Part shown: in pieces, positions 61,849 to 64,000 of the stretch | How positions within the stretch are numbered: the stretch's first letter is position 1 | Layout: every line of letters starts with the position of its first letter | Assembly: GCF_046119375.1 (NCBI RefSeq) | Contig: NW_027362768.1 | Location: forward strand, 30,566,001 to 30,630,000 | DNA from: Phyllobates terribilis | Taxonomy: Eukaryota | Reading direction: 5' to 3' | Length of the DNA stretch: 64,000 nucleotides | The notes under the pieces: model-generated | What the model was told of the DNA's origin: nothing | The model's database searches: none | The model's input: the letters and a program-made list of their open reading frames with translations, nothing else | Translations under genes and position numbers: made by a program

Positions 61849-64000
61849 TAGTGTTGAGCGAACATGCTCGACACTGCTCGGTACTCGCCCGAGCATCACG
61901 CTACTCGGGATGTTCGGCGAGCACCGAGCATTTCTGGGTTACTCGGGCGGGAGCTCGGGTCTCCGCCCTGCATGTTTGGCGCTCTTTACAGAGCCAATGA
62001 ACATGCAGGGATTGCCAGCCAGTCACTGTAATGCTGCAGCCATGTTGGTTGTGGGCATTACAGTGATTGGCTGGCCGCACAGCGTCACCTCGAGTATTTA
62101 AAACCGGGCGCCTCCATCTTGGACACAGTCGCTCCGGATTAGACAGTGTAGGGACAGCGCTGCTGATTTAGGGAGAGATATAAACTGCGAAATAGTTAGT
62201 GTAGGGTCTGTAAAGGCTGCCAGAACAAACAAACAGTCCTTTTCAGGACTAATATCCATCCCAGATACCAGGCATGCAGGCTGTATAGGAGACACAGTGG
62301 TTATACCAGCAAACGCTGCATTACAGTCCTGTGTGCTCCTGTTGCTGAAATTGCTGGACTTAGCACCAGGTGTCGGGGGCCAGGAAAAATCCTTTTTTTT
62401 TCATCTAAATCCTCCTTTTTTTTTCCTCCTTCACACTGTACAAATACCCGTCTTATTAACCTTTTGGTGTCCCCCCCCCCCCCCCAAAAAAAAGGTTGTC
62501 TCTGATTTTTCAGACACAAATATAACTGTTGAAAATAGTCTGGTGTAGGCTAGAGAAACAGAAGTGTTGTTTTGCACTTCCACGGGTCAAATTGCTGTAC
62601 TATCCAGTTTTGGGCCTTTAGTATCTAAAAAAAAAAGCAGTTTGAGTGTGTCGCTCACTGTTCAGCCGCAAATATCTCTATTTAAAAAAGTGTGGTATAC
62701 CCCAGTAAACAATAACTGTGGTTTTGCCATCCCACGGTAAAAAATCTCTATTATTCAGCTTTTGGTAGTTTTTTCCGTAAAGAAAACAGTAGTGTCTCCT
62801 GACTGTTGTGACACAAATATATATCTGTTGAAAATAGTCTTGTGTAGGCCCGACATTTCAGTGTGGTTTCGCAGTTCCACAGGTCAAATCGCTGTACTAT
62901 CCAGTTTTGGGCCTTTGGTATCTAAAAAAAAAGCAGTTTGAGTGTGTCGCTCACTGTTCAGCCGCAAATATCTCTATTTAAAAAAGTGTGGTATACCCCA
63001 GTAAACAATAACTGTGGTTTTGCCATCCCACGGTAAAAAATCTCTATTATTCAGCTTTTGGAAGTTTTTTCCGTAAAGACAAACAGTAGTGTCTCCTGAC
63101 TGTTGTGACACAAAAATATATCTGTTGAAAATAGTCTTGTGTAGGCCCGACATCCCAGTGTGGTTTCGCAGTTCCACGGGTCAAATCGCTGTACTATCCA
63201 GTTTTGGGCCTTTGGTATCTAAAAAAAAAAGCAGTTTGAGTGTGTCGCTCACTGTTCAGCCGCAAATATCTCTATTTAAAAAAGTGTGGTATACCCCAGT
63301 AAACAATAACTGTGGTTTTGCCATCCCACGGTAAAAAATCTCTATTATTCAGCTTTTGGTAGTTTTTTCCGTAAAGAAAAACAGTAGTGTCTCCTGATTG
63401 TTGTGACACAAAAATATATCTGTTGAAAATAGTCTTGTGTAGGCCCGACATCCCAGTGTGGTTTCGCAGTTCCATGGGTCAAATCACTGTACTATCCAGT
63501 TTTGGGCCTTTGGTATCTAAAAAAAAAGCAGTTTGAGTGTGTCGCTCACTGTTCAGCCGCAAATATCTCTATTTAAAAAAGTGTGATATACCCCAGTAAA
63601 CAATACCTGTGGTTTTGCCATCCCACGGTAAAAAATCTCTATTATTCAGCTTTTGGTAGTTTTTTCCGTAAAGAAAAACAGTAGTGTCTCCTGACTGTTG
63701 TGACACAAAAATATATCTGTTGAAAATAGTCTTGTGTAGGCCCGACATCCCAGTGTGGTTTCGCAGTTCCACGGGTCAAATCGCTGTACTATCCAGTTTT
63801 GGGCCTTTGTTATCTAAAAAAAAAGCAGTTTGAGTGTGTCGCTCACTGTTCAGCCGCAAATATCTCTATTTAAAAAAGTGTGGTATACCCCAGTAAACAA
63901 TAACTGTGGTTTTCCTCTTCCACGGTTCTAATCTACTCTTTATTACCCTTTTTCCATTGATAGTGCAAGTGTAAGCTATTTTACTTCATTTACAATGGGC
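61849..64000 (+). mobile_element. Left end of a second hAT family, probably extending beyond the window
   Basis: TIR TAGTGTTGAGCG at 61849; dense CTCGG/CCGAG subterminal motifs; followed by a tandem array. Confidence 0.8.
62500..63915 (+). repeat. About 298-bp tandem array, about 4.7 units
   Basis: TTGAAAATAGTC at 62529, 62828, 63125, 63423, 63720. Confidence 0.93.

Overview
Vertebrate, almost certainly anuran (frog) genomic DNA, inferred from the repeat families. It is mostly transposon-filled intron of a + strand complement factor H / factor XIII-B-like (sushi/CCP domain) gene: intact exons at 5223-5408 and 58598-58798, plus a decayed CCP pseudo-exon near 45.9 kb. The dominant feature is a young, about 9.8 kb composite hAT DNA transposon present in three near-identical same-orientation copies. 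Copy B (11204-22437, intact 1226-aa transposase) is inserted inside the transposase gene of copy A with an 8-bp TSD. Copy C (46048-58425) is interrupted by a CR1 LINE. All three copies carry the same cargo: a transposase relic, a dead Tc1, an L1 RT fragment split by a solo LTR, and a degraded antisense 18S rRNA fragment. They also carry a variable 110-bp tandem array, which in copy B has formed an 880-bp higher-order repeat. Other notable structures are Penelope-like elements with hammerhead ribozyme motifs (including a 620-bp TSD-flanked insert with two back-to-back hammerheads in a 112-bp-arm palindrome), an 8.2-kb tail-to-tail pair of TTAA-site elements with a flip-flop fold-back array and telomere-like repeats, and a second hAT left end with a 298-bp tandem array. 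All family assignments come from motifs read by eye; no database searches were run.
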